This document shows, one piece after another, positions 1 to 9,091 of a stretch of DNA of 32,000 nt. The first letter of the stretch is position 1. Each line of letters starts with the position of its first letter. The notes under the pieces are model-generated. The model saw only the letters and a list, made by a program, of their open reading frames with translations. It ran no database searches and was not told the origin of the DNA. Source of the stretch: Candidatus Lokiarchaeum ossiferum (lineage in GTDB: Archaea > Asgardarchaeota > Lokiarchaeia > Sigyniarchaeales > Promethearchaeaceae); NCBI GenBank assembly GCA_025839675.1, contig CP104013.1:3930001-3962000 (forward strand), in the 5' to 3' direction. Both the position numbers and the translations under genes were made by a program.

Positions 1-1
1 T

Positions 2-550
2 TTTGCCACCAAAGATCAAGAAATCGCGGATGAGGAATGGCCAATTGCCAGAACTGGGATGGCTGCTTTGGGGAAGTGTTATGATGAGTTGATTTCCACA
101 GTAAAATCACAAAATATTATTCCAATAATTGAGATGCTTCCTGCCCAAATTTATGGAAATGGGGGGATGTTTCAGAAGATACTCTCCATGGCAAAAAAAG
201 GAAAATTGGTAATTCTTGGTGATGGAAATAACTATTTACCACGCATTCATGTGGAAGATTGCGCGGATGCATATGTGCGGGTAATTGAACAAAGACCGAT
301 AGGCAAGAAATTCATAATTTGTGATGATCAGCCAGTCACCGTCAAGAATTTTATGACTTATCTTGGACAACATTATGGAGTACATCGATATGTGAGAATT
401 CCCAAATTTATCTTGCGGATAGCGATGGGGAAATACATTTATCACACGTTGATTATGGGTGGGAAGGTTTCAAATCAACGATTGAAGCAAGAAATCGGTT
501 GGAAACCACGCTATCCAAGTTATAAGGAAGGAATTGATTCGCTGTTATAA
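2..550 (+). CDS. NAD-dependent epimerase/dehydratase family protein (extended SDR), C-terminal part; 5' end lies upstream of the window
   Basis: The frame of ORF 59..550 stays open back to nt 2 (FATKDQEIADEEWPIARTG precedes the first Met). PRIHVEDCADAYV and the C-terminal GWKPRYPSYKEGI are typical of the substrate-binding half of extended-SDR epimerases/dehydratases. The Rossmann part is not in the window, so specificity is unknown. Confidence 0.6.
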   Translation, partial: FATKDQEIADEEWPIARTGMAALGKCYDELISTVKSQNIIPIIEMLPAQIYGNGGMFQKILSMAKKGKLVILGDGNNYLPRIHVEDCADAYVRVIEQRPIGKKFIICDDQPVTVKNFMTYLGQHYGVHRYVRIPKFILRIAMGKYIYHTLIMGGKVSNQRLKQEIGWKPRYPSYKEGIDSLL

Positions 551-723
551 AAATATCTCGAGAATAGCGAAGATTGGAATAGTAGATTATATTTTGCCAA
601 ATTTTATTTTTAGGGAGTCAATAATGGAGATATTCCCAATTTGATTATAAAAAAAGTAGAAGTATAATTGAATAAAAGACGAAATTTATCAAATTTAAGA
701 TGTAAATTCGTTTGCATCTTCAT

Positions 724-1707
724 TTAGCGATAAACTACACTTGAAATGCGATTTACATTTGTGATTAAAGTATTTAGCATAGGTTCATCTAAGGATTGTG
801 CACCATCACATAATGCTTCATCGGGTGTTGCGGTTGCTTCTATAATAACTCCATCTGCACCCACAGCAATAGCTGCTTGTGCAAGGGGTGTAACTAAAGG
901 CCGTAATCCCGTTCCATGGGATGGATCTACTATGACTGGGAGATGGGAAACCTGTTTTAGATAGGCTACGGCATTCAAATCTAAAGTGTTTCGAAAAGCG
1001 TTCTCAAAAGTTCGAATTCCTCGTTCACAGAGTATAACATTTTGGTTGCCCCCTGCTAAAATATACTCGGAGGCTAATAAGAACTCATCAACAGTGGATG
1101 ATAATCCTCTTTTGAGCAATATAGGTTTTCTAATTTTTCCACAAGCATCTAAGAGCATATAGTTTTGCATATTTCGTGATCCAATTTGTAAAATATCGGC
1201 ATATTTCGCTACTAATGGAACATCTTCTGCTGTCATTACCTCAGTTACAACAGGTAATCCAACTTCTTTTCCAGCTTCTTGCAAATATTTCAATCCTTCT
1301 TCTTCAAGTCCTCTGAAAGAATGGGGGCTTGTTCGGGGTTTAAATGCACCTCCTCGTAGAATGTGGGCGCCTGCAGCTTTCACAAATCGTGCGGCGCTTT
1401 TGATTTGCAGTTCTGTTTCAATCGCACATGGTCCTGCTATTATCGTAATAGATGAACCTCCAATCCGCGTATTTCCAATAGCGATTACAGTGTCTTCTAG
1501 CTTGAATTCTCGGGATGATAAGTGATGTTTTGATTTAATATCCTTGATTTCCTCGATAATTGGTGAATTTTCGGTCAATTTTTTGGAAACTAAATATCGA
1601 TCATCACCCCAATTAATGATTTTCACTCCTGCTTGACCTCCTCCGAGCTTTTGAATGAATTCGTCTACATCCTTTCGATTCGCATTGCGTTTTATTTTGA
1701 TTAACAT
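724..1707 (-). CDS. aroF: 3-deoxy-7-phosphoheptulonate (DAHP) synthase, type I-beta, with N-terminal ferredoxin-like regulatory domain
   Basis: 327 aa. Core motifs are [60 protein letters not shown] and VDPSH. The N-terminal ~65 aa (GDDRYLV ... [13 protein letters not shown]) resemble the FL domain of the Thermotoga-type enzyme. It is the last gene of the trp gene string, 38 nt after trpG. Confidence 0.88.
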   Translation of the reverse strand: MLIKIKRNANRKDVDEFIQKLGGGQAGVKIINWGDDRYLVSKKLTENSPIIEEIKDIKSKHHLSSREFKLEDTVIAIGNTRIGGSSITIIAGPCAIETELQIKSAARFVKAAGAHILRGGAFKPRTSPHSFRGLEEEGLKYLQEAGKEVGLPVVTEVMTAEDVPLVAKYADILQIGSRNMQNYMLLDACGKIRKPILLKRGLSSTVDEFLLASEYILAGGNQNVILCERGIRTFENAFRNTLDLNAVAYLKQVSHLPVIVDPSHGTGLRPLVTPLAQAAIAVGADGVIIEATATPDEALCDGAQSLDEPMLNTLITNVNRISSVVYR

Positions 1708-1745
1708 GTTTCTCTTTTCCTAAGTTTAGTTTTTTTTTTTCCTGA

Positions 1746-2396
1746 TTACATTTTTAAAAAATTGGCAAGAATTAGAATTCCATTTGGTTTCATCATAATT
1801 GATTCGGGATGAAATTGAACTCCATAAATTGGAAATTCTTTATGTTTTATTGCCATAATTGCTCCATCGTCTGCCATTGCTGCGATTTTCAAATTTTCCG
1901 GTAATAAATCCGCTTTTGTAACTAACGAGTGATAACGGACCACCGAGCAAGGATTTGGAATATCTGCAAAAATTCCTTCTCCATCATGAAAAATTTTTGA
2001 CATTTTTCCATGCATGGGACCCATTTTTGCCCGTCCCACATATTCTTCTTCCTTATCCTTCCCAAAGGCTTCAGTTATCGCCTGATGGCCTAAACACACT
2101 CCCAAGATCGGAATTTTGCTTCCGAACTTCTGAATTATGGGAATAATGTTTCCGGTATCATATTTTGGATGGCCTGGACCAGGGCTTATAATAATTTTAT
2201 CCGGATTACATTGATCAATTTCATCACACGTGATAGAATTGGGGACAATTCGGACTTTTGCATCGGAGATGGTACATATATAATTTACGATGTTGTAAAT
2301 GAAGGAATCTTGATTATTGATAAACAAGACAGTTTGTTCCCCACCAATGAAAGGGGCATTATTTTCGATTGTATGTGCTATTTCTACCATTTTCAT
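1746..2396 (-). CDS. trpG: anthranilate synthase component II (glutamine amidotransferase)
   Basis: 216 aa. Class-I GATase triad context is GVCLGHQAI plus YGVQFHPES. The N-terminal VLFINNQDSFIYNIVNY is typical of TrpG/PabA. It lies 10 nt downstream of trpE. Confidence 0.9.
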   Translation of the reverse strand: MKMVEIAHTIENNAPFIGGEQTVLFINNQDSFIYNIVNYICTISDAKVRIVPNSITCDEIDQCNPDKIIISPGPGHPKYDTGNIIPIIQKFGSKIPILGVCLGHQAITEAFGKDKEEEYVGRAKMGPMHGKMSKIFHDGEGIFADIPNPCSVVRYHSLVTKADLLPENLKIAAMADDGAIMAIKHKEFPIYGVQFHPESIMMKPNGILILANFLKM

Positions 2397-2406
2397 CCTT
2401 CCTCTG

Positions 2407-3936
2407 TTAACTCATGGATTCCACAAAATTGATGGTGGCTGTGACCCCTCTGAGTTTGTTCTTGGTTTCTAAGAATTCTTCGTCTGGATCGGAATCGGCT
2501 ACAATTCCGCCTCCCGCTTGAGCGACGTAAGTTTTGTTTTTGTTGAAGATGGTTCGAATGCTTATGGCCATATCCATGTCACCTGTAAAGTTCACATAGC
2601 CTGCACATCCTGCATAGGGACCTCGATCTTCGCGTTCCAACTTATGGATTATTTCCATGGCCTTTCGTTTTGGGGCACCCGAAACCGTCCCTGCAGGAAA
2701 CATAGATTTTAAAATACTGAAAGGATCTAAATTTGAAGTGGATCTAACTCGCGAGATGAGATGCATAATATTTGGAAATTTTTTTAATTCGAGTAATTTA
2801 TAGGTGTCAATTGAACCTGGAATACTGACTTTAGCTAAGTCATTTCTTGCTAGATCAACTAACATGATATGTTCGGCAACTTCTTTCTCGCTATGAAGTA
2901 ATTCATTGGCCATCCGTATTTCATCGTCCACACTTCTTCCTCGCCTTCTGGTTCCTGCAATTGGAACAGTTTCGAGATGGCGTTGATTTTTCGTGATTAA
3001 AGCTTCTGGACTACTTCCAATAATGCGTACATCACCGTTGTGAGCACCTTCAAAATTCATGTAGTACATGTATGGAGAAGGATTTAAAATTCGCAAAGCT
3101 TGATAGACATCAATGGGTAAAACATCACTTTCAGCCATCATTTTCCGGGATAAAACTGCCTGAATAATATCTCCGGCATATATGTGTTCCTTAGTTTCTT
3201 CAATAATATTTCTCCATTGTTCTGGAGACGTATTTGTTTTGAAACTTGAATTTTGAGATAGTATAGCAGCACGATCTATTGATGTAGGTATGGAAAAAGG
3301 AGTGTGATTCGATCGTCTAAACTTTTCAAAAAGTGTGGATACGGTGGGATCGGTCTCATTTGCTCCAATGGTGTTATTAACTTCATAGATGGTTTGAGTT
3401 GTATGCGAATAGGCTAGAACTTTAGTAAACATCCCCATGATAATATCTGGAAACATTGCTTGCATCGCATCTGAGGATTCATACCCAACATAGGGCGAAA
3501 CGACATCATACCCAATATAGCCCAATAAGCCTCCTGAAAAGATTTTTTGGGGAAATAATTCTGGCATGGCGGAGTTTGAGATGGGAAAAATGTCTTTAAG
3601 TCTGTCAATTCCAGGTAAAGTAACTGGAACTTCATCTTGAAATGATTGTACTCCATTTAGATCTGAAAATTTATGATCGGTGCACATATCAATCATTTTT
3701 TCCCCCTTCTCTGTTTGAATATCATAAATTTTTAGATTATTGTTAAGAACCTTAACCATGAAATCTGGTTGTAACCCAATAAAGCTAAAATGCATTTCTT
3801 GGGAATTCAGATCAATAGATTCTAGCAAAGCATGGTTTTTTGAGTCAATTTGACTGGTTAAATAACGATAAAACCCAAAGATATCCTTTGTGTTCCCAAT
3901 TTTTTGTATGTTTAAGTTTAGTTCCATTTCTTTCAC
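2407..3936 (-). CDS. trpE: anthranilate synthase component I
   Basis: 509 aa. Chorismate-binding family motifs are NPSPYMYY, IGSSPE, TVSGAPKRKAMEII, REDRGPYAGCAGY and ISIRT...AQAGGGIVADSDP. The start overlaps the trpA stop by 4 nt. Confidence 0.92.
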   Translation of the reverse strand: MKEMELNLNIQKIGNTKDIFGFYRYLTSQIDSKNHALLESIDLNSQEMHFSFIGLQPDFMVKVLNNNLKIYDIQTEKGEKMIDMCTDHKFSDLNGVQSFQDEVPVTLPGIDRLKDIFPISNSAMPELFPQKIFSGGLLGYIGYDVVSPYVGYESSDAMQAMFPDIIMGMFTKVLAYSHTTQTIYEVNNTIGANETDPTVSTLFEKFRRSNHTPFSIPTSIDRAAILSQNSSFKTNTSPEQWRNIIEETKEHIYAGDIIQAVLSRKMMAESDVLPIDVYQALRILNPSPYMYYMNFEGAHNGDVRIIGSSPEALITKNQRHLETVPIAGTRRRGRSVDDEIRMANELLHSEKEVAEHIMLVDLARNDLAKVSIPGSIDTYKLLELKKFPNIMHLISRVRSTSNLDPFSILKSMFPAGTVSGAPKRKAMEIIHKLEREDRGPYAGCAGYVNFTGDMDMAISIRTIFNKNKTYVAQAGGGIVADSDPDEEFLETKNKLRGVTATINFVESMS

Positions 3937-4757
3937 ACTCTAAGCGCCTTAGTTGCATTCTTCATCTGTTGGGCAAATACCTCTATTTGCTCAAACATAG
4001 CTATTGGATTATCGAGATTTTTTTCAATTTGGTTAATTAAAGCCGACCCTACAATCACTCCATCTGCACCCATTTGAATGATTTCTTGAATATGAGCTGG
4101 TTTAGAAATCCCAAAACCTACGAAGACTGGGATTTTACGATCAGTTCCTAATTTGGATATAATTCGTCTAATTGTAGATGATGTTTCATTAAGAATTGTT
4201 TCTCGTGCACCTGTAATTCCTTTTACTGCAACCAAATAAATAAACCCTTGGGCTTTTCCAATTATATTGCTCAATCGTTCGGTATGGGTGGTAGGGGTGA
4301 CTAAAAATATGATGTCTATTTCTACTTCTCGAGCTTCCTCAAGCAATTCTTGAGATTCTTCCACTGGGATATCTGCAGCAATTATTCCATTAATACCACT
4401 TTGGGCGAATTTATCCAGTGTTTGTTTTCGATGGGGTTCAACACCCAAGATATTACCATAAGTGAGTAAAATTAATGGTTTGTTAGTAAGTTTTCTTACT
4501 TCCTGGATGAGATGAAAACAATTGGAATAATTACTCCCACTTTGTAAGGCTCGATGGTTTGCAGAAAGAATTGTGGGGCCATCGGCGATAGGATCACTAA
4601 AGGGGATCCCTAATTCAATGAAATCAGAATAGGGTTCGATTGTTTGAATTAGTTTTAAAAAGACTTCTGGATTAGGATCTCCTAACACTAAAAAGGGAAT
4701 AAAAGCAACCTCTTGGGCCGCTTTAACTTGTTGATATCGGGCTAAGATTTCATTCAT
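3933..4757 (-). CDS. trpA: tryptophan synthase alpha chain
   Basis: 274 aa. It has the canonical ELGIPFSDPIADGPTI motif, FVGFGIS and GADGVIVGSA. The start overlaps the stop of the upstream fused gene by 8 nt. Confidence 0.92.
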   Translation of the reverse strand: MNEILARYQQVKAAQEVAFIPFLVLGDPNPEVFLKLIQTIEPYSDFIELGIPFSDPIADGPTILSANHRALQSGSNYSNCFHLIQEVRKLTNKPLILLTYGNILGVEPHRKQTLDKFAQSGINGIIAADIPVEESQELLEEAREVEIDIIFLVTPTTHTERLSNIIGKAQGFIYLVAVKGITGARETILNETSSTIRRIISKLGTDRKIPVFVGFGISKPAHIQEIIQMGADGVIVGSALINQIEKNLDNPIAMFEQIEVFAQQMKNATKALRV

Positions 4758-7521
4758 GTGAAGTTTTCTCCATATTTTGCATTAATGTTTCAATATCTTT
4801 CCCTCCATGACCACTCAAATTTATCACGAGTATTTCATTAGGTGTCATTTTTTCTGCGATTTGTAATCCAAAGGCAATGGCATGGCTTGATTCAAGGGCA
4901 GGAATGATTCCTTCGGTATGAGTTAAGGTCAGGCACGCATCTATCGCTTCTGTATCTGTGATGTAACTCAATTTCAAGCGATTGATTGCTTTTAAATAAC
5001 ATAGCTCTGGACCAACTCCAGGATAATCTAATCCTGCCGAAATTGAATATGATTCTTGAATATTTCGGTTTTCATCTTGGATGAGCAATTGACGCGCTCC
5101 ATGAAGAATTCCATCCGTTCCTTTTTGCAAGGCTAAGGCATGATGATCGGTTTGGGATCCCTTTCCGGCAGCTTCTACCCCCCAAAGTTCCACTTCTTCT
5201 TTGTCAATAAATTCATAAAAAGCTCCCATTGCATTAGATCCTCCTCCCACACAAGCGACTATTTTATCGGGCAAGCGTCCCTCAAAAAATTTAATTTGGG
5301 AATGAATTTCTTCCCCAATCACTTTTTGGAAATCTCTTACCATCATGGGGTAAGGATGTGGTCCTACAACGCTTCCCATAAGGTAATGTGTGTCCCCCAA
5401 ATTTGCAATCCAGTACTGCAATCCGGCATTCACCGCATCTTTCAACGTTTGAGTGCCTGATGTAACTGGGATGACCGTTGCTCCTAGCATTTTCATGCGA
5501 GATACATTATATTTTTGGCGTTGCATATCTATAGCTCCCATAAATATGGTTGTTTTCATGCCAAAATATGCTCCTGCAATAGATGTTGCAAATCCGTGCT
5601 GTCCTGCTCCAGTTTCTGCCACCAATTTTGTTTTGCCCATTTTTTTTGCAAGAAGTGCTTGCCCCATCACATTATTCAGCTTATGAGCCCCCCCATGCAA
5701 AAGATCTTCTCGCTTTAAATAAATTTTACAACCGAATTTCTTGCTGAGATTTTTAGAAAAAGAAAGTGGAGTGGGTCTTCCCATATAATTTGACCGTATC
5801 TGGTTTAGTTCTTTGATAAATGCAGGATCTTCTTTATATCTGCAATATTCTCGCTCAAGTTCATTGATGGCCGGAATTAATGTTTCTGGAACAAATTTTC
5901 CCCCGAATCTACCAAATTTGCCATGCCGATCGGGAAATTGCGTTTTATAACTTGAAAAACAACATTTTTCTTTGGTTTTTTGTCGTTGAGTTTTAGTGAA
6001 TTCTTCCATAAAATTTGCTACCCGTTGTTTATTTTTTTTTCCATCCATTTCCAAAGCACTGCTGATATCTATTCCAAAAGGATCTAATGTGGTTAAAATT
6101 GTCCCAATGTTATTCGTTCCAATGCCTCCCGCTACAATAAAACGTCTATTTGGAATTTGTTTTAAAATCTGTTGGGTTCGTTCTAAGTCCAAAATTTTTC
6201 CTCTTCCATTACTTGAATCTAACAAAATTGCAAATATCTCCGAAGGTAGACTTCTGATTTCATTAAAAACTTCACTAAGCGCTGAATTTTTTATATTCAT
6301 TGGATGAATCATTTTTCTTAATAGATAAAGTGGAAAATCCTTTAGTTGCAATGCATTTTTGGAGATGTGAATCTGTAAAAAATCAGGTTTCACAATACTG
6401 TCAATCTTCTTAATTTCTTTGAGATTTTTATCTTTCAATACCAATACTTTGAGTTTGTTTTCTGGTATATTTGCATGAATTTCTATAGTTTCATCTATCT
6501 TGAGATTTCGTTTACTGGAAGGAATATCCAGAATTGTTCCGAAAGCGGATATTGATGGATATTTAATTTTACCTAAGATATGATAATCTGTCATTCCACA
6601 TATTTTTAGAAAAGTATGGTTGTTTCCAGTTAATTCTTCCATTTTCTCCGTAATACTCCCACTCATTATCGCTGTTCCAACTAATGCGGCAAAAATACCT
6701 AGGGATTCCATTTTAAGGACATGATTTCGCAAATTAATTCCACTTTCGGTTATGATCGGTTGAGATTCCCCAAATATTTTCCTAACCTTTAAAACTAAAT
6801 TAAAAGTGTGCTTCAAATCGGTGGTCAAATCCTTTAAATTTCGATTGTTAATCCCAATGACAAAAGGCTCGCGAGCAAACTGGAGGGGTCTAATTTTTTC
6901 TAAGTCTTTCTCATCATGGATCTCAACTAATGGTTCTAATCCAACTTCATGCATGAGATAAAACATTTCCACAGGATCACAAATAGATGTGATCAATAAT
7001 GCATTACTGGCTCCACATTGTTTTCCCAATTCTAATTGTGCTTTTGAGATGTTAAAATCCTTTAAGATAATTGGGATTGTTCGAGGGGTATTTTCAGCCA
7101 CCAAAGATAAATTTCCAAAACTTCCTTTGAATTTTCTCGGCTCAACTAATACACTTATGGCTATTGCTCCCCCAGCTATCATTTCTTTTGTCATTTTTCG
7201 GATGTTTTTGACTGTTGGAAAGAGAATTTTTTCTTGAATTGAAGCTTCAGGAATATGTTCTTGGAACTCATTTAAAGGGAGTAAGCTGCCTCGTGACGGG
7301 GAAGCTGGTTTTAATTCGGTGATTAATCCCAAATTTTGGCGATTTCTTAAAATATTTGCAAGTGTGAAACGATCTCTTTTATTGGATCCACTTAGTTTAG
7401 AGTCTATAGCTGGATTCTCCAAGATAGTTCGTATAGTTGGAATATCTTGCTTTCTAGACTCGGCTATCTCCATTAATATGCTCATTTTTTTTTTCAAAGT
7501 CCTTTTATTGGATAACTTCAT
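4750..7521 (-). CDS. trpCFB: trifunctional fusion: indole-3-glycerol-phosphate synthase (TrpC) / phosphoribosylanthranilate isomerase (TrpF) / tryptophan synthase beta chain (TrpB)
   Basis: One uninterrupted 923-aa ORF. The IGPS part (about aa 13-300, nt ~6622-7485) has ITELKPASPSRG, FVIGINNRNL and ITESGI. The PRAI part (about aa 303-510, nt ~5992-6615) has FLKICGMT, LLDSSNGRGKILD, IVAGGIG and GIDISSALE. A Lys/Gln-rich linker follows. The TrpB part (about aa 525-923, nt ~4753-5949) has FGRFGGKFVPETL, the PLP-Lys context LHGGAHKLNN, ETGAGQHG, GGGSNAMG and LSGHGGKD. An alternative start at Met13 (nt 7485) would remove the 17-nt overlap with trpD. Confidence 0.85.
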   Translation of the reverse strand: MKLSNKRTLKKKMSILMEIAESRKQDIPTIRTILENPAIDSKLSGSNKRDRFTLANILRNRQNLGLITELKPASPSRGSLLPLNEFQEHIPEASIQEKILFPTVKNIRKMTKEMIAGGAIAISVLVEPRKFKGSFGNLSLVAENTPRTIPIILKDFNISKAQLELGKQCGASNALLITSICDPVEMFYLMHEVGLEPLVEIHDEKDLEKIRPLQFAREPFVIGINNRNLKDLTTDLKHTFNLVLKVRKIFGESQPIITESGINLRNHVLKMESLGIFAALVGTAIMSGSITEKMEELTGNNHTFLKICGMTDYHILGKIKYPSISAFGTILDIPSSKRNLKIDETIEIHANIPENKLKVLVLKDKNLKEIKKIDSIVKPDFLQIHISKNALQLKDFPLYLLRKMIHPMNIKNSALSEVFNEIRSLPSEIFAILLDSSNGRGKILDLERTQQILKQIPNRRFIVAGGIGTNNIGTILTTLDPFGIDISSALEMDGKKNKQRVANFMEEFTKTQRQKTKEKCCFSSYKTQFPDRHGKFGRFGGKFVPETLIPAINELEREYCRYKEDPAFIKELNQIRSNYMGRPTPLSFSKNLSKKFGCKIYLKREDLLHGGAHKLNNVMGQALLAKKMGKTKLVAETGAGQHGFATSIAGAYFGMKTTIFMGAIDMQRQKYNVSRMKMLGATVIPVTSGTQTLKDAVNAGLQYWIANLGDTHYLMGSVVGPHPYPMMVRDFQKVIGEEIHSQIKFFEGRLPDKIVACVGGGSNAMGAFYEFIDKEEVELWGVEAAGKGSQTDHHALALQKGTDGILHGARQLLIQDENRNIQESYSISAGLDYPGVGPELCYLKAINRLKLSYITDTEAIDACLTLTHTEGIIPALESSHAIAFGLQIAEKMTPNEILVINLSGHGGKDIETLMQNMEKTSHE

Positions 7522-8557
7522 TAAATTTCAAGATGCTTCCTTGTGTTTCTCTGACAAGTTCTTCTAGCTTCTTCAATGCTTTTCCTGTAGTAAGTGCTTC
7601 CTTTACTTTCTCGTAGGCTGTGTCATATGTCATATCTCCATATGCACTGAGAACTGCAAAAGCTGCATTGATGAGAACGATTTCGCGTTTAATCCCCAAA
7701 TCTTCATTTTTTAAGATTTTAACTGCAATTTCCAAGTTTTTCTCAATCGTGCCTCCAGATAACTCTGACATATAAAATGAATTGACTCCGAAATCCGATG
7801 GTTTCAATGAATAGTACTCAATTTCACCTTCTTTTACCTCACCGACATGTACTTCTGAATACGGGATGATTTCATCAATACCTGGTTCTGAATTGATAAT
7901 ATAGACATGATTTGCTCCAAGTTTATTCATCACTTCAGCTAAGGGTTGAATGAGTTCCTTATTGAATACACCAAGAACATGAGATTTTGCATTAGCTGGA
8001 TTAGTAAGAGGTCCTAAAATGTTAAATACTGTTCTCATTTTAAGAGATCTTCTTACCGGCATCACATATTTCATAGCAGGATGAAACTTTGGGGCAAACA
8101 TAAATCCGATCCCAATTTTTTCAATGATGCTCTTAACTTCTTCTGGTTCTAAATTGATCTTCACCCCAAAAGCTTCTAAAAGATCTGCAGAGCCGCATTT
8201 AGATGAAATTGATCGATTTCCGTGTTTAGCGATGTGAACTCCTGCACCCGCTGCAACAATTGCAGCAAGTGTAGATATGTTGAATGTATTTGCATTGTCC
8301 CCTCCTGTTCCACAAGTGTCTACTAACGGCTCGGTGGTATTTGGAGTGATCTGGGATGCATATTCTCGCATAATTTCTGCAGCTCCTGCAATTATTTCTG
8401 AGGTTTCTCCTCTAATACATAAGGCTGTGAGAAAACTTGCAATTTCGGAATCACTTGTATGTCCTTGCATGATTTCTCGGATGATCTGTTGGGTATCATA
8501 GCGTGAAAGTTCATTTCCTTCAACTAAATTTATAATTCCTGATTGTATACTTGACAT
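7505..8557 (-). CDS. trpD: anthranilate phosphoribosyltransferase
   Basis: 350 aa. It has the canonical DTCGTGGDNANTFNISTLAA, HGNRSISSKCGSADLLE and NILGPLTNPA motifs. It is the first gene of the minus-strand trp string. Confidence 0.92.
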   Translation of the reverse strand: MSSIQSGIINLVEGNELSRYDTQQIIREIMQGHTSDSEIASFLTALCIRGETSEIIAGAAEIMREYASQITPNTTEPLVDTCGTGGDNANTFNISTLAAIVAAGAGVHIAKHGNRSISSKCGSADLLEAFGVKINLEPEEVKSIIEKIGIGFMFAPKFHPAMKYVMPVRRSLKMRTVFNILGPLTNPANAKSHVLGVFNKELIQPLAEVMNKLGANHVYIINSEPGIDEIIPYSEVHVGEVKEGEIEYYSLKPSDFGVNSFYMSELSGGTIEKNLEIAVKILKNEDLGIKREIVLINAAFAVLSAYGDMTYDTAYEKVKEALTTGKALKKLEELVRETQGSILKFNEVIQ

Positions 8558-9091
8558 TTTGATTCGTTCTCATTATTTTGATGATGTAAAGTTCTTTAAT
8601 TTGGTTCAAATTTCTGGTTTATGGAGTAAATTAGCAATTTCCCAAGCTTATGTAAAATTTGAAGTTAAACGAATCCCATCTTAAAAGACATGTTAGTAAT
8701 TCATTTTTATCCCCCTATTCTCAAAATTCACTTCGATATATCTCTAACATTTACCAAAATATAACTATCATGAAATATTCTGATGGAATTGGGAAAATAT
8801 GAATGAAATTACCTCATTCATTAATATTGGAACGCTCTAACTAGCAAATCTTTTCTTGAGATTTTGATGCTAATTAGAGCTTATGCCAAGGCCAAGCCTT
8901 GTTATCTAAAGATAAGCTGATGTCAACAATTTTACCGGAACTCATTGTAGTTGTGCACATAGTTATCTTCTACCCATAAAAATTTGAGTAAGTCATTATT
9001 CTTTTCTTCCTTTTTAAAATTAAGTAGTCCCAAGTGGAATAGGATCATCCCAAATCGTAAATTTGTTAAATTTTGCATCATTAGAATTATC

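Noticed and set aside
236-445. 69-aa minus-strand ORF inside the epimerase gene, and similar short ORFs in the track: 746..964, 1955..2146, 2169..2432, 2518..2712, 3414..3656, 3840..4040, 5140..5718, 5996..6307, 6989..7567, 8277..8501
   Set aside because: All lie antisense to or out of frame within strongly supported genes with clear family motifs. Their translations are low-complexity with no motifs. They are shadow ORFs.
8984-9091. TTG-initiated 36-codon N-terminal extension of the GNAT ORF given in the track
   Set aside because: The extension (MSKSLFFSSFLKLSSPKWNRIIPNRKFVKFCIIRII) is hydrophobic and low-complexity, and it is not part of Eis-like proteins. The ATG at 9092 gives a family-typical length.
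8558-9091. 534-nt non-coding region upstream of trpD, searched for a Trp-codon leader peptide or attenuator, TRAP (G/U)AG repeat array, or T-box. A perfect 8-bp inverted repeat was noted (atgaatga 8799-8806 / tcattcat 8814-8821).
   Set aside because: There are no tandem TGG codons on the trp strand, no regularly spaced GAG/TAG triplets, and no T-box-like conserved core that I could recognise. An 8-bp A/T-rich palindrome is expected by chance in DNA of this composition. The long spacer is noteworthy, but I cannot support a specific element.
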